Part shown: positions 1-13,258 of the stretch, piece by piece
Position numbering within the stretch: the first letter of the stretch is position 1
How the letters are laid out: each line of letters begins with the position of its first letter
Assembly (NCBI GenBank): GCA_043228905.1
Contig: JBHGNT010000008.1
Coordinates: 14,694,001 to 14,758,000 of the forward strand
Reading direction: 5' to 3'
Source of the DNA: Azolla caroliniana
Lineage: Eukaryota; Plantae; Polypodiophyta
DNA length: 64,000 bases
Notes under the pieces: model-generated
Told to the model about the DNA's origin: nothing
The model's input: the letters and a program-made list of their open reading frames with translations, nothing else
The model's database searches: none
Translations under genes and position numbers: made by a program

Positions 1-1279
1 GCTTTGCTTGCCCGATAGCTTGCAGTTTGCCGGAAGTGTCGATCCGACCGGTTTCGCATCTGACATGTTGAACCGGTGAAGCACCTTTGTCACGTACTTC
101 TCCTGTGATAGCCATAATTGCTTCTTTGACTGGTTCCGGATGATGTGCATCCCCAACATCTGTCTTGCCGGACCCAAGTCTTTCATTGAGAAGGTCCGGT
201 TGAGAGCCTTCTTCAGCATCCGTATTTTGACTTGGTCCCGTCCGACGATCAACATGTCATCCACGTACAGAAGGAGTATTAGGAAGTCGCCTCCTTCGAA
301 CTTCTTCACAAACATAGTGATCGGCTTGTGTCTTGTGGTACCCTTGATCGGTCATGAAGGAGTCGAACTTCTGGTACCATTGCCAGGGGGCCTGCTTCAA
401 CCCGTAGAGACTCTTCTTCAACCGGCATACCAGGTGCTCCATCCCTTTCTCCACAAATCCCTCCGGTTGTTGCATGTAGATCTCCTCTTCGAGGTCGCCG
501 TGAAGGAATGCCGTCTTCACGTCCAGCTGCTCTACCTCAAGGTCCATGCTTGCCGCTATACTCAGCACCATCCGGATGGAGGTCATCTTTACTACCGGGG
601 CAAATATCTCGTCGAAGTCCACACCCTTCTTCTACTGGAACCCCTTCACCACGATCCTGGCTTTGTATCTCGGGGGGTTGCCGGCATCTCCCGGTTTCAA
701 CTTGTACACCCACTTGTTTCGGAGTGCCCGCTTTCCTTTCGGCAACTCCACCAATTCGTACGTATGGTTCTCATGAAGGGAATCCATCTCGTCCTGCATG
801 GCACTTAACCATTTTTGGTTGTGGGTGTCATCCTCCGCTTCTATGAAGCTTTCGGGCTCCCCCTCATCGGTCAGCAGAACATGCTCTGCATCTGGAAATC
901 TCCGGGGGGCCCTTCTCTCTCTGAGAGGATATCTCCGTCTTTGGGCTTCGGTAGCCGGCTCCTCCATCTGCTCTTCATCCGAATCTGATTCGGGGTCTTG
1001 GCCGGTTCCGGTCTCAGCTTCCTCACCGTAACCGGCTGGTTCCTCGAGTGCTAACTGGTCTCTTGCCGGTTGGGTCTACTCATCGTTGAGTCTATCCTTA
1101 CCGGTCGACTCGGAGTTCATTATCTTCTTCTCCGACTCCCAGTCGGCGAGCGTCTTGTCCTCCATGAAGATAATATCTCGACTCCGGAATACCTTCTTGT
1201 CGATCGGGTCCCACACTCGGTAGCCGAACTCATCATCACCGTAACTGAGGAATATGCATGGCCGGGTCTTTGGATCTAA

Positions 1280-3304
1280 CTATCCTCTCCGGTCCTGAGC
1301 TACATGCACGTACGCGAGACACCCGAACACCTTCAGATGTCGGTAGGATAATTCCTTACCGGTCCACACTCTCTGTGGCGTGTCTCCGTCCAAGGGTACT
1401 GAGGGTGATCTATTTATCACATATGTCGCCGTCGACAATGCCTCAGCCCAAAACTTTTTGGGTAGCTTTGCATGCGCTAGCATACTCCGGACCCTCTCAA
1501 TTATGGTCCGGTTCATCCTGTCGGCCAGTCTGTTTAGTTCCGGCGTCTTCGGCATGGTAAATTCGAGCCGGATTCCCTTCGAGCGACAGTACTCCTCGAA
1601 CTGCCCCCGGTATTCTCCTCCGTTATCTGCTCGAACCGCCTTCAGCTTCCGACCGGTTTCTCTTTCCACTCTCGCGTGGAGCTCTTTGAAGATGGATAAC
1701 ACCTGATCCTTCGTCTTCAACGGTGTGGCCCACAACTTCCGGCTGTGGTCATCTATGAATGTCACGAAGTACTGCACTCCGGCATGTGACTTTGTGTCTA
1801 CTTGACACACATCCGTATGCACCAACTCCAGTGGTGCATTATGTCTCATCGGTGGCCTTGGTCGGAAGGAGGTCCGGTTCTGCTTACCGGCTAGACAATT
1901 AGTGCACTTCTCTAAGTGCACGTTCTTCACTAGAATGAGGTTGTCGTCTGCAAGCCTTTTCATCCCCTTCTCGCTCATATGACACAGCCTCTTGTGCCAC
2001 AGCTCACCGGCAGTGTCGGATGCCACGTTCAGTTCTTCCGGGCATAGCCAGGCATTCATCAGGTACAGTGTGTTTACCTTCTGGGCCCGAGCCACAATCA
2101 GGCTCCCTTTGCTGAACTTCATGACGCCGTTCCGGATGCTACCCGTGTAGCCCTCATCATCTAGCCGACCGACTAATATCAGGTTCAGACGAACCTCCGG
2201 GACGTGTCGGACATCCTTCAGCAGCAACTTGCATCCGGTTGGTGTTGACAGCCACACGTCTCCTATGCCGACAATTCGGCATGTACCTTCGTTCCCCATC
2301 CGGACACAACCGTGATCATCGGCTGAGTAGGATGAGAAGCATTTCCGGTCCGGGGTAAGGTGGAACGATGCTCCGGAGTCTACCACCCAGGTCATCTCGT
2401 CGCCGGCAAGGTTTATCTCACACTGCTCGGTGATGAGCATCAACTCTTCTTCACTTGCCGCGATTGCCATCGTTCCCTTCCGGTCCGGCCCCCTCCGGTC
2501 TTTACCGTTCCGGTCCGGGGTTTGCTTCGAATCGGTACCGTTGGTTTCCTTGTCTTTATGGAAATGCCGACAGTTCTTTTGGAAGTGTCCCGGCTTGCCG
2601 CAATAGAAGCAAGCGGGCCTCCCGCTTGACTTTGACCGTGTCCCTGACTTCTCCCGGTTCTGGGGACTACGGTTTCTCTGTCTTCCGCGTTCCGATTCGG
2701 CAAGGAGTGCTTTGGAGTCGGAGCTCGTATCTTTGTCTTTCCGACGTGCCTCCTCATCTAGCAAGCTCGACTTTACTCTTGCTAGGGATAACCGTTTTCC
2801 TTCCGGTCCGGCGTTGCCCAAAGTGACAACCAACGTCTCCCAACTATCCGGGAGGGAACCGAGCAGGAGTAGCGCTAGTACCTCATCGGCAAGAGGTACT
2901 TCCAATGACTTTGCCTGGTGTATCAGCCCCTGTAAGGCATTCATATGCTCCGCCATGCTGGAGCCATCTTGGTACCGGAGTCTTACTAGGTTCCGGAATA
3001 CTGAAACCTGGTTAACAACATTTTTCTTTTGAAACATTATGCCGATCTTCTCCCAGAGCTTATGAGGCTTGCTCTCTTCATTGAAGTTGTTGTACAGGCT
3101 CATGTCGATGACGCACCGAATGTATGCCGTTATCTTCATGTGCATCACCTCCCATATCGCGGCGTCGATTTTGTCCGGTCTCTTGTCCCCGAACTGAACC
3201 GACAGCCAGAGGTCTTTAACCACGAGCATGTCCCTCATCTTCGACTTCCATACCGAATAGTTGGAGCCGGTGAGCTTGAACATGCCGCCAAACGATTCAT
3301 CCAT
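1280..3304 (-). pseudogene. Copia A gag-protease-integrase ORF, continuing through stop codons into RT
   Basis: 674-aa ORF. Downstream pieces 632-967 and 257-622 encode RT motifs and are separated by stops. Confidence 0.9.
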
Positions 3305-3334
3305 ATTTCTGTGTTGTTTCGCTCTGATACCACT

Positions 3335-4036
3335 TGACGGGAACTCAACGCTCCTTATGCGCTATGCTCGGCCGCAACCGGGCTTAGAATGATACACAGA
3401 AAAAACGGGAACAAATGTATGCGACACAAAGGAGAGAAAAGGTACACAAAATGTTTACGTGGAAAACCCAAAGAGGGAAAAACCACGGCAGCCCACAGGC
3501 TGCAAACTATCACTATGTTGGAATGTACAAAACAGTGAGTTCACGGAGGCAACGACCTCGTACTCACGATCTTCGCCACAGGCGGCGGTTACAACAGAGG
3601 CAGCGACCTCTTTCTTTCTCTCTCTCTCTGTACACTGTTACATGTTCTCTCTTCTTCTTGCACCAACAAGAAAATGACAACCACTCACTCCACATATTTG
3701 CCCTAAGTCATATTTATACTAATATGACTTTTCAGCTATTTACAAATATAGCCACGATGGGCTCTCAGAAACATATTTACGAATATGTCTCTTCCTCCGG
3801 TTCTCACCGGGTCTGCGTCATTCGGCTCTCCGTAGCCGGGTGTTCCTCATTCGGTTCACACCGGGTCTGCACCATCCGGCTCTCCGTAGCCGGGTACTCC
3901 TCATCCGGTTCACACCGGGTCTGCACCATCCGGCTCTCCGTAGCCGGGTACTTCTCTTCCTGTTTCGGCCTCGGCCTAGATTGTTCGTCGGCACTGTTCT
4001 TCTCCCTTCCCATCCGGAGGGACCTGTCTCCCAACA
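3335..4036 (-). repeat. 5' LTR of Copia A (~700 bp) with 3 x 54-bp internal tandem repeat (~3793-3955)
   Basis: Minus strand reads TGTTGGGAGACAGG...GTTCCCGTCA, immediately followed by the tRNA-Met PBS. Confidence 0.9.
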
Positions 4037-7000
4037 AGAAAGAGGTCGTTGCCTATGTTGTAACCGCCGCCTGTGGCGAAAATAGAAAGCTCAAGGTTGT
4101 TTCCTCGGTGGTTTACTGTTGTACATTGTAATGTAGTGATAGTTTGCAGCCTGTGGGGTGCCGTGGTTTTTCCCTAGTTTGGGTTTTCCAAGTAAACATC
4201 TTGTGTACTCTTCTCCTTTGTGTCGTGCATTCATTTCCCATTTTCTGTATTTGATCCTAGACTCGGTTGTGGCCGAGCGTTGTGCTTAGGGAGCGTGCAG
4301 GTTCCTGTCAAAGTGGTATCAAAGCGAAGTGACATAGAAAATGGACGATTCGTTGGGAGGCATGTTCAAGCTCACCGGCTCCAACTATTTGGTGTGGAAG
4401 TTGAAGATGAGGGACATGCTCGTGGTTAAAGATCTTTGGTTGCCGGTTCAATTCAGGGACAAGAGACCGGACAAAATCGATATGTCCACGATATGGGAGG
4501 TGATGCACATGAAGACAACAACGTACATACGGTGCTTGATCGACATGAGCCTATACAACAACTTCAATGAAGAGAGCAAGGCTCATGAGCTCTGGGAGAA
4601 GATCGGCATTATGTTAATCAGGTTTCGGTATTCCGGAAGCTAGTAAGACTCCGGTACCAAGATGGCTCCAGCATGGTGGAGCACATGAATGCCTTCCAGG
4701 GGCTGATCCACCAGGCAACATCATTGGAAGTACCTCTCGCCGATGAGGTACTAGTGCTACTCCTACTCGGTTCCCTCCTGGATAGCTGGGAGACGTTGGT
4801 TGACACTTTGGGCAACACCGGGCCGGAAGGGAAACGGTTATCCCTAGCACGAGTGAAGTCGAGCTTGCTAGATGAGGAGGTGCGTCGGAAAGATAAGGAC
4901 ACGAGCTCTGACTCCAAAACGCTCCTTACCGAATCGGAACACAGAAGACATAGAAACCGTAGTCCCAGGAACCGGGAAAAGTCGGGGACACGGTCAAAGT
5001 CAAGGGGGAGGCCTACTTGCTTCTATTGCGGCAAGCCGGGACACTTCCAGACGAACTGTCGGCATTTCCGGAAAGACAAGGAAACCAACGGTACCGATTC
5101 GATGCGGACACCAGATCAGAACGGTAAATACTGGAGGGGAATGGACCGGAAGGGAACGACGACAATTGCGGCAACTGAAGAAGAGTTGATGCTCATCACC
5201 GAGGAGAGTGAGATAAATCTTGCCGGCGACGATATGACCTAGGTGGTCGACTCCGGAGCGTCGTTCCACCTTACCCCGAACCGGAAATGCTTGTCATCCT
5301 ACTCAGCTGGTGATCACGGCTGTGTCCGGATGGGGAATGAAGGTACATGCCGAATTGTCGGCACAGGAGACATGTAGCTGACAACACCAACCGGATGCAA
5401 GATGTTGCTGAAGGATGTCCGACACGTTCCGGAGGTTCGTCTGAACCTGATCTGAGCCGGATGGCTAGATGATGAAGGCTACAAGGGTAGCATCTGGAAA
5501 GGTGTTATGAAGTTCAGCAAAGGGAGCCTGATTGTGGCTCGCGCCCGAAAGGTAAACACGTTGTACCTGATGAATGCCCGGTTATGTCCGGAGGAAGTGA
5601 ACGTGGCATCGGACACTGCCGGTGAGCTATGACACGACAACCTCATTCCAGTGAAGAACGTGCACTTGGAGAAGTGCACTGATTGTCTGGCTGGTAAGCA
5701 GAACCGGACCTCCTTCCGACCAAGGCCATCGATGAGAATTAATGCACCACTGGAGTTGGTGCATACTGATGTGTGTCAAGTGGACACGGAGTCACACGCA
5801 GGATCGCAGTACTTCGTGACGTTCATAGATGACCACAACCGGCAGCTGTAGGCCACACCGTTGAAGACGAAGGATCAAGTGTTATCCGTCTTCAAAGAGC
5901 TCCACGCGAGAGTGGAAAGAGAAACCGGTCGGAAGCTGAAGGCGGTTCGAGCAGATAACGGAGGTGAGTACCGGGGGCAGTTCGAGGAGTACTGTCGCTC
6001 GAAGGGAATCCGGCTCGAATTTACCGTGCTGAACACGCCGAAACTAAACGGGCTGGCCGAGAGGATGAACCAGACCATAATGGAGAGGGTCCGGAGTATG
6101 CTGGTGCATGCAAAACTACCCAAGAAGTTTTGGGCTGAGGCACTGTCGACGACGACATATGTGATAAACAGATCACCCTCAGTACCCTTGGACGGAGACA
6201 CGCCACAGAGAGTATGGACCGGTAAGGAAGTGTCCTACCGGCATTTGAAGGTATTCGGGTGTCTTGCGTATGTGCATGTAGCTAAGGACCGGAGAGGAAA
6301 ACTAGATCCGAAGACCCGACCATGCATATTCCTCGGTTACGACGATGATGAGTTCGGCTACCGAGTGTGGGACCTGGTCGACAAGAAGGTATTCCGCAGT
6401 CAAGATATTATCTTTATGGAGGACAAGACACTCGCCGACTGGGAGTCGGAGAAGAAGATAATGAACTCTGAGTCGACCGGTAAGGATCAATTCTACGATG
6501 ATCAGACCCAACCGGCAAGAGACCGGTTAGCACTCAAGGAACCAGGCGGTTACGGTGACGATACCGAACCGGTAGAAGAAGAAGTAGAGGAAACTGAAAG
6601 CAGAACCGGCCAAGACCCCGAATCGGATTCGAATGAAGAGCAAATGGAGGAGCCTGTTACCTAAGCCCAAAGACGGAGATATCCTCTCAGAGAGAGAAGG
6701 GCGCCCTGAAGATTTCCGGATGCAGAGCATGTGCTACTAACCGATGAGGGGGATCCAGAAAGCTTCGAAGAAGCGAATGATGACACCCACCGCCGCAAAT
6801 TGTTAAGTGCCATGCAGGATGAGATAGATTCCCTGCATGAGAACCATACTTATGAATTGGTGGAGTTGCCGAAAGGAAAGCGGGCCCTCCGAAATAAGTG
6901 GGTGTACAAGTTGAAACCGGGAGATGCCGGCAACCCCCCGAGATACAAAGCCAGGATTGTGGTGAAGGGGTTCCAGCAGAAGAAGGGTGTGGACTTCGGC

Positions 7001-7443
7001 GGATATTTGCCCTGGTAGTAGAAATGACCTCCATCCGAACGGTGCTGAGTATAGCGGCAAGCATGGACCTCGAGGTAGAGTAGCTGGACGTGAAGACGAC
7101 ATTTCTTCATGGTGACCTCGAAGAGGAGATCTACATGCAGCAACTGGAGGGATTCGCGGAGAAAGGGAAGGAGCACTTGGTATGCCGGTTGAAGAAGAGC
7201 TTGTACGGACTGAAGCAGGCTACCCGGCAATGGTACCGGAAGTTCGACTCCTTCATGACCGATCAAGGGTACCACAAGACGCAGGCCGATCACTACGTGT
7301 TTGTGAAGAAATTCGAAGGAGGCGACTTCCTGATACTCTTTCTGTACGTGGACGACATGTTGATCGTCGGACGGGACCAAGCCAAAATACGGATGCTGAA
7401 GAAGGCTCTCAACTGGACCTTCTCAATGAAAGACTTGGGTCCG
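4037..7443 (+). mobile_element. Degenerate Copia copy B, same family as A; 5' LTR interrupted by A, 3' end truncated in RT
   Basis: LTR remnant 4037-4310 ends ...CCTGTCA; PBS TGGTATCAAAGCG follows; gag starts MDDSLGGMFKL; many stops; RT ends at FSMKDLGP. Confidence 0.92.
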
Positions 7444-7612
7444 AAACCGGCCGGTAGTGGAACTAGAACCAGTCGGTAATGAAACCGAAACCGGCCGGTA
7501 AGCAAACTGGAACTGGTTGGGAAACAAACCGGAACCGGACGGTAAGCAATCCGGAATCGGCTAGTAAGCAAACCTGAACTGGCCGGAAAGCAAACCGGAA
7601 CCGATAGGTAAA
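7441..7612. repeat. ~22-bp minisatellite (AAGCAAACCGGAACCGGCCGGT-like), left part
   Basis: About 8 degenerate tandem copies; the array resumes in phase at 18021. Confidence 0.85.
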
Positions 7613-10600
7613 TGTGAAACTGTTTTTTGAATTCAAACCATTGAACACTAGATGGATATAAAGTATGGATAATTCACATTTGGAGGCTAAGAACACGAAC
7701 CAAGACCTTAGCAAGAGGTCAAAAGTAAAAGTAAGAGACCAAGAGAAAAGTAAAAAGAGAAAAAGCGGACCATAAAAACAGTAACAAAAGGAATGGTCAT
7801 AACTCCTTCTTGTGTGACCCAAATATTATGTTTAAATATGGGTTAGAAAGCTTGTAAAGAGAGTTATCTATAGATTTTTAAATCACTAAATTTGGAGCTA
7901 TGATTGGGGAGATATGATGATTAGAAGGTCGTTGGGTCTTAGCTTAAAATAGGAGATAAAAAGCTTCTAAAAATATCGTGAACGAGGAAGAAGAAGAAGA
8001 TTATAAAAGAAGAAGTGGAAGGAACAATAAGAGAAGGAACAAATAGGGAGAGGATCCTAATAGAGGAGAGGGAGTCTTAGGAAGAGAAATCTTAGTGAAA
8101 GAGGAAGGGTCTTAATTGTGGTTTTTGAGTGATTGGTAGTAAGAAGGTCTTTGGTTTCTTAGTTGAATGTGGAGTTTATCTCCTTTGTATTGTCCTGATG
8201 TTGGAATATCATAACAATCTTATCTCTTTCTCATCTTCTCTATCTTTTTTTCTTAATTTCTTGAGTCTCTCTTGATCTATATATTATATTATGAGTCACA
8301 ACTCCATCTAATCGGTTTGGTAAAACCCTCATATAGTGTAAGATTATCCTTTGTCTTAAACGCCTCATCATTTTTGGCGCTCCAGGGAGGGCCGATCCTT
8401 TTCGTATAGGAGGAGATAATTGTGTTACTATATTACATTAACTTAGCTATGCAATTTGCATTTTCGGGTGAAAGAACACAAGATGTTGGTGCCTTTTTGG
8501 CTTGCTTTGAGCATCATGCCATCTCTATTGGACGCATCACTGACAACGAAAAGTTGCCCTTGTTGGTAGCTACATTCTATGGTCGTGCTCGAGATTGGTA
8601 TGACTCTCTTCCGCAAAATGAACAAGGAGAATATCAATTGTTGGTGCATCGATTTCGTACAAGATATATTCAATGGCAAAGTGCAACCGAGGTAAGGGAG
8701 GAGCTTTTTCAACTAAAGATGGAATCACCTTTTGGTTTTTTAGAGTATGAAAGAAATTTCCAAGAATTATGGACAACGTGGATTCGTCTTCGTGGTGGCA
8801 CCAAAGACGAGTGGTTTAAGATAAAACAATTTAAGGTGGGCCTTGATATGCATTTCCGTTTGGAGGCAAGCTTGAAGGATCCAACGACTTTTCAAGCTCT
8901 TCTCCAAGTTTGTCAAGATTATGATCGACGAGTGAAGATGATGAGTTCCATGGGGGATCCCCAAATGTCAGCTTTGGGTGCAAATTTGATGCCTCGTGCC
9001 AACTTTCAAGCCTCATCTTCAATTGTGCATGGTGGATAAGTGTTTCCAAATGTGTATACCACCACAACAATAAACCCAACAAGTATATCCCAAGAAGTGG
9101 AACAAGTGAAGAGTGAACAAGATACAATGGCATTGGTGAATCGGCGCTTTGATGAAGTGATGGCCCACTTGCAACAATCCCAAGCAATTCGCAACACTAT
9201 TCCCGATGGTGGTGGCTCTAGAGGGCATCAAGGTGTAATTTGTTATTCTTGTCAAGAGGAGGGACACATCTCAACAAGATGTCCTCATCGACAACAAAGA
9301 GGTATGGAAAGAGACATGTATGAAGTGCAATGGAATGGACAACGACCTATCAACAATGGAGTCGAAGGAGGCGAATCCATAACACTTCCTATGACTCAGG
9401 TTCTTACAATTCCTCATAATGTGAATCTTCTTAATTTTATTGATGATAGTGATGATGTTTGTGAAGTAGCTCCAATGGAAAGGACAAGAGCCTCGCAAAA
9501 GGAGAAAGAAGTTGATGGAGGATCGAGTGCCTCGAGACAAAAGAAGAAGTCTAAGGAGAATGAGGAAGAGCAGAAATTGAGAAGGAGGCACTCCAAAAGG
9601 AAGATAAAGATGGAGGATATTCCTATGGGAGAAGGTGTAGAAGCTTTCTATCGGAAGCATGAATTGATATCGAGTGGACCAAGGATAACATGGCCACAAA
9701 TTCTCCAATTATCTCCCACATTACGAAAGGAGCGGGGAAAGCTTGCAAGTATCCGCCAAAGTAGGAAGACCGTGCATTATGTGGGGATCGTGTGAGTAGA
9801 AGATCGAAAGGACATACGTCCAACCATCCCGGTCTCCATCAAAGGGTTTCACATCAAAGATGCCTTGGTTGATAGTGGTGTTAGGGTAAGCTTGATTTCT
9901 GAATTTGTAGTAAACAAAGTGGGAATTCCTATTAGTAGGTCATCTTCAGCAAGGGTGGTTGTAGCAGATGGCAAAGTGATGAATTACACATGCATAGAGG
10001 AGGATGTGGTCATCAAATGTTTCAAAATAAGAGGAGAAGCTTGCAACAAATCCCACATCAACTTGAAGGAACATGTACCAATTTTCCCAACGCTTCAGCA
10101 ATTGGGTGTTGAAGGGGAACTTATACAAGAGTTCAAAGCATGCTTGCAAGAATGTTTAAATTATAAGATGGAGGATTTAAAGAGTGTCCCATCTATGGCT
10201 TTGGTTCCCACGAAGAATGAGATCGATTTCAAACCCATGAGCAATTCGATCAAACGAGATGAATTTTCACTTCCTTCCCGAGATGAGATTGTCGATAAAA
10301 TGGTTGTTTATACAAAACAAGGTAGTGTGGACAATATGTTGTGCCAAGAAGGATTTCATGTGGATGATTCAAAGATTAACATAATTAAAAAGATGACAAT
10401 TCCGACAAGTCTGGAAGCTTTGAAGGTATTTGTGCAAAAGGTGCGCTCACTCGAAAGATTCATTTATATGTTGACATTCCTACTGCTATCAAGAGTGATG
10501 TATCCCATGGCCCTATTAGTCTTTGGAGAGTTAACGAAGACATAATGATTGTGGTAACCTCTTTCTTTGTGTTGACAAGGAGAAAGATGTTGATGGAATT

Positions 10601-11518
10601 ATCAATGTGTGTGTGGGTGTGTCTAGGAGTGTGAGCTTTTTCCTATCGACTAGCGGGGGTTTTACTCACATAGTTTGTTTCTTTTTCTTCTCTCCTTCTT
10701 TGTCTATAGCCTACCATAAGGCGAAGGAGTTTTTTTTATTCTTTTTATCTTCGGCTCACCATAAATGGTTCGCTCAACAAGCAAGGGGGAGGGCTAAATG
10801 TGAAATTGTTTTTTGAATTCAAATAATTGAACACTACATGGATATAAAGTATGGATAATTCACATTTCGAGGCTAAGAACACGAACCAAGACCTTAGCAA
10901 GAAGTCAAAAGTAAAAGTAAGAGACCAAGAGAAAAGTAAAATGAGAAAAACGGACCATGAAAAACAGTAAGAAAGGAATGGTCATAACTCCTTCGTTTTT
11001 CACCCAAATATTATGTTTAAATATGGGTTAGAAAGCTTGTTAAGAGAGCTATCTACAACGTTTTAAATCACTAAATTCGGAGGTCTGAGGAGGGCGATAT
11101 GACGATTAGAAGGTCGTTGGGTCTTAGCTAAAATTAGGAGATAAAAAGCTTCTAAAAATAGTGTGAACGAGGAAGAAGAAGAAAATTATAAAAGAGAAAG
11201 TGATAGTCTTAGACGGAGGGACTAATAGAGAAGGGATCCTAAGAGTGGAGGAGTCTTAGGAAGAGTGGATGACGATCCTAAGAGTGGAGGAGGAGTCTTA
11301 GGAAGAGGTGTCTTAGTGGAAGAGGAAGTGTCTTAGAAGAGGAAGGTCTTTGGTTTTAGTGGACTTTATCTCCTTTGTATTCTCTTGATAGTGGAATATG
11401 AGAACATTCTTATTTCTTGCTCATCTTCTCAATCTTTTTTATTAATTTCTTGAGTCATTCTCTCTAATTCGTAGATACCTTGATCTATATAATATATTAT
11501 GATTCATATAGTAACACA
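7613..11518 (+). mobile_element. Internally deleted non-autonomous Ty3/Gypsy element
   Basis: LTRs 7613-8370 and 10799-~11518 both start TGTGAAA. PBS-like TGGCGCTCCAGGGAGGG follows 8370. Gag at 8422-9795 with CYSCQEEGHISTRC; protease LVDSG at 9865; RT scraps FSLPSRDEI and DDSKINIIKKMTIPT; PPT AAGGGGGAGGG at ~10783-10793. Confidence 0.85.
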
Positions 11519-12445
11519 ATTAAATGATAAATGATGAGGCGTTTAAGACAAAGGATAATCTTACACTATATGAGGGCTTTACCAAACTGGTTAGATGGAG
11601 TTGTGATTCATAATATATTATATAGATAAAGAGAGACTCAAGAAATTAAGAAAAAAAGATACAGAAGATGAGAAAGAGATAAGATTGTTATGATATTCCA
11701 ACATCAAGACAATACAAAAAAGATAAACTCCACATTAAACTAAGAAACCAAAGACCTTCTTACTACCAATCACTCAAAAACCACAATTAAGACCCTTCCT
11801 CTTTCACTAAGATTTCTCTTCCTAAGACTCCCTCTCCTCTATTAGGATCCTCTCTCTATTAGTCCCTTCTCTTATTGTTCCTTCCACTTCTTTTATAATT
11901 GTTGTTCTCTGACCGGACAAGGCCTAACACAACGTGTCACGGAGACACTTCACCAAAGGGTGATTACGGCATAGGATTATGACTCAACGATTACACCGAC
12001 TTAAGTAGGTTACACGATTAGAGCGCTTTTGTTAATTACACGCGTAAGATATAACAGTAATTACAGAACGGAAATCAACACAGAAGTATAAACACCATAC
12101 GCTCTATTAATTATCCGCTACGATTACAATGGGGTCTGAGCCTTTAAATAGGTTTCCGGCCCGTAGTACAAAACGGTGCCTATCGCACCTATTCGGGATC
12201 CGTCCGGATCTGGAACGGCATACCGTTTCCAGTCCGTCCGTCTGTCCATACTTGTTTTGTATGCCGTTCGGTATGCCCATAGCGCGCTATGGAGCTTTGT
12301 ATTCCAGTCCGTCCGTCCATACTATGCTTATTTACAACCATACTTAATTAATTCCTTCACTCCGTATTTTGGACTCCTTGCCGGCCGGTAACACATGGCA
12401 CGCCCGTGGGACAGTACCTTGTACGTCGAACCCTTCTCGGCCCCT

Positions 12446-13258
12446 TCATTGTTCACCCAAATTGTCCAAAATACTTTGTTCCAGAGTTTCCAATTGTTCT
12501 TCCGGTTGTGGTTGTTGCGGTTGTGCTTGTTGCTGCTGCTGTGGTTGCGGTTGGGACTGAGACTGCTCCGGCTTCTCTATAGGCGGCTGCTCCGTTTGTT
12601 TCTCTGACTCCGGCATCCCCGTTTGACTGCTTCCGGTCCGGTCTCCTTCTAGTAACGGTTCGTCATCACTGAGGTTGACCGTAACCGGTTCTCGTGCTTT
12701 CTCTTCCCGGATCCGGGACCTCTCGTAGCTTTCAAATTGGATCTGCGCCTCCAGCCTGTCGTCGTCCAGCTGAGCTACAAGTTGCCGGACTTGCCCTAGT
12801 TGGTCCTCTGCCAAGGCTTGAAAGTCTTCGGCCAGCTCATCTCTTATGCCGGTGAAGTCTTCGGAAGTCAGCATATAGCAATCATCTCCCTCCTTCCGCC
12901 GGTTCTCTACGTCGGCCCGGAGCAATTGGAGTTCCGCCGCGTTCGGGGCCCACTTGGTCCACCATTTGACGGAACCGTTGTCAATCAAGCTCTTGGTCTG
13001 GTTCAACCAGGCCCGCATGATATCCTGGATGCGACTTGCTCCCATTTGCGCTCTACTTTCCACAACTTGTCGTTCCTCCTTCAACTGCTTGATGAGATTA
13101 GCCGTATCCTCCGCCTGCTCTCTGTAGCGCGTCAGCTGCCCTTGATATGTTGTTTGCAGCCTTTGCAGTACCTCCGCCGCTCTTTCTTTTTCCGCCTGCT
13201 GTTGCCTGAGGAGCTCTGGTTGTGGTTGTTCCGGACAAGGCCTAACACAAGGTGTCAC
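12446..13258 (-). CDS. Antisense extra ORF (Q/E-rich, coiled-coil-like, 5'-truncated) of the Tat-like element, unit 1
   Basis: 270-aa open frame with GTG start inside the next LTR. Intact again in unit 3; broken by a 38-bp deletion in unit 2 and a stop in unit 4. Confidence 0.55.
   Translation of the reverse strand: MTPCVRPCPEQPQPELLRQQQAEKERAAEVLQRLQTTYQGQLTRYREQAEDTANLIKQLKEERQVVESRAQMGASRIQDIMRAWLNQTKSLIDNGSVKWWTKWAPNAAELQLLRADVENRRKEGDDCYMLTSEDFTGIRDELAEDFQALAEDQLGQVRQLVAQLDDDRLEAQIQFESYERSRIREEKAREPVTVNLSDDEPLLEGDRTGSSQTGMPESEKQTEQPPIEKPEQSQSQPQPQQQQQAQPQQPQPEEQLETLEQSILDNLGEQ

Larger units (their letters stand above)
1..4036 (-). mobile_element. Ty1/Copia LTR retrotransposon copy A (5' LTR, gag-pol; 3' end lies outside the window)
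   Basis: Gag zinc knuckle CFYCGKPGHFQKNC, protease WVVDSGAS, GAG-pre-integrase WHKRLCH, integrase DNGGEY and RT ARIVVKGF/LDVKTAFLHG in Copia order. PBS TGGTATCAGAGC at ~3321-3332 (minus). Confidence 0.95.

Noticed and set aside
3415-4131. 238-aa plus-strand ORF with 18-aa repeats
   Set aside because: It is antisense to an LTR, is produced by the 54-bp repeat, and crosses an insertion junction.
11900-12393. Array as a Cassandra element or retrozyme
   Set aside because: No 5S-like domain or CUGANGA/GAAA core seen in the LTR; the PBS is Arg-type, and no PPT is present.
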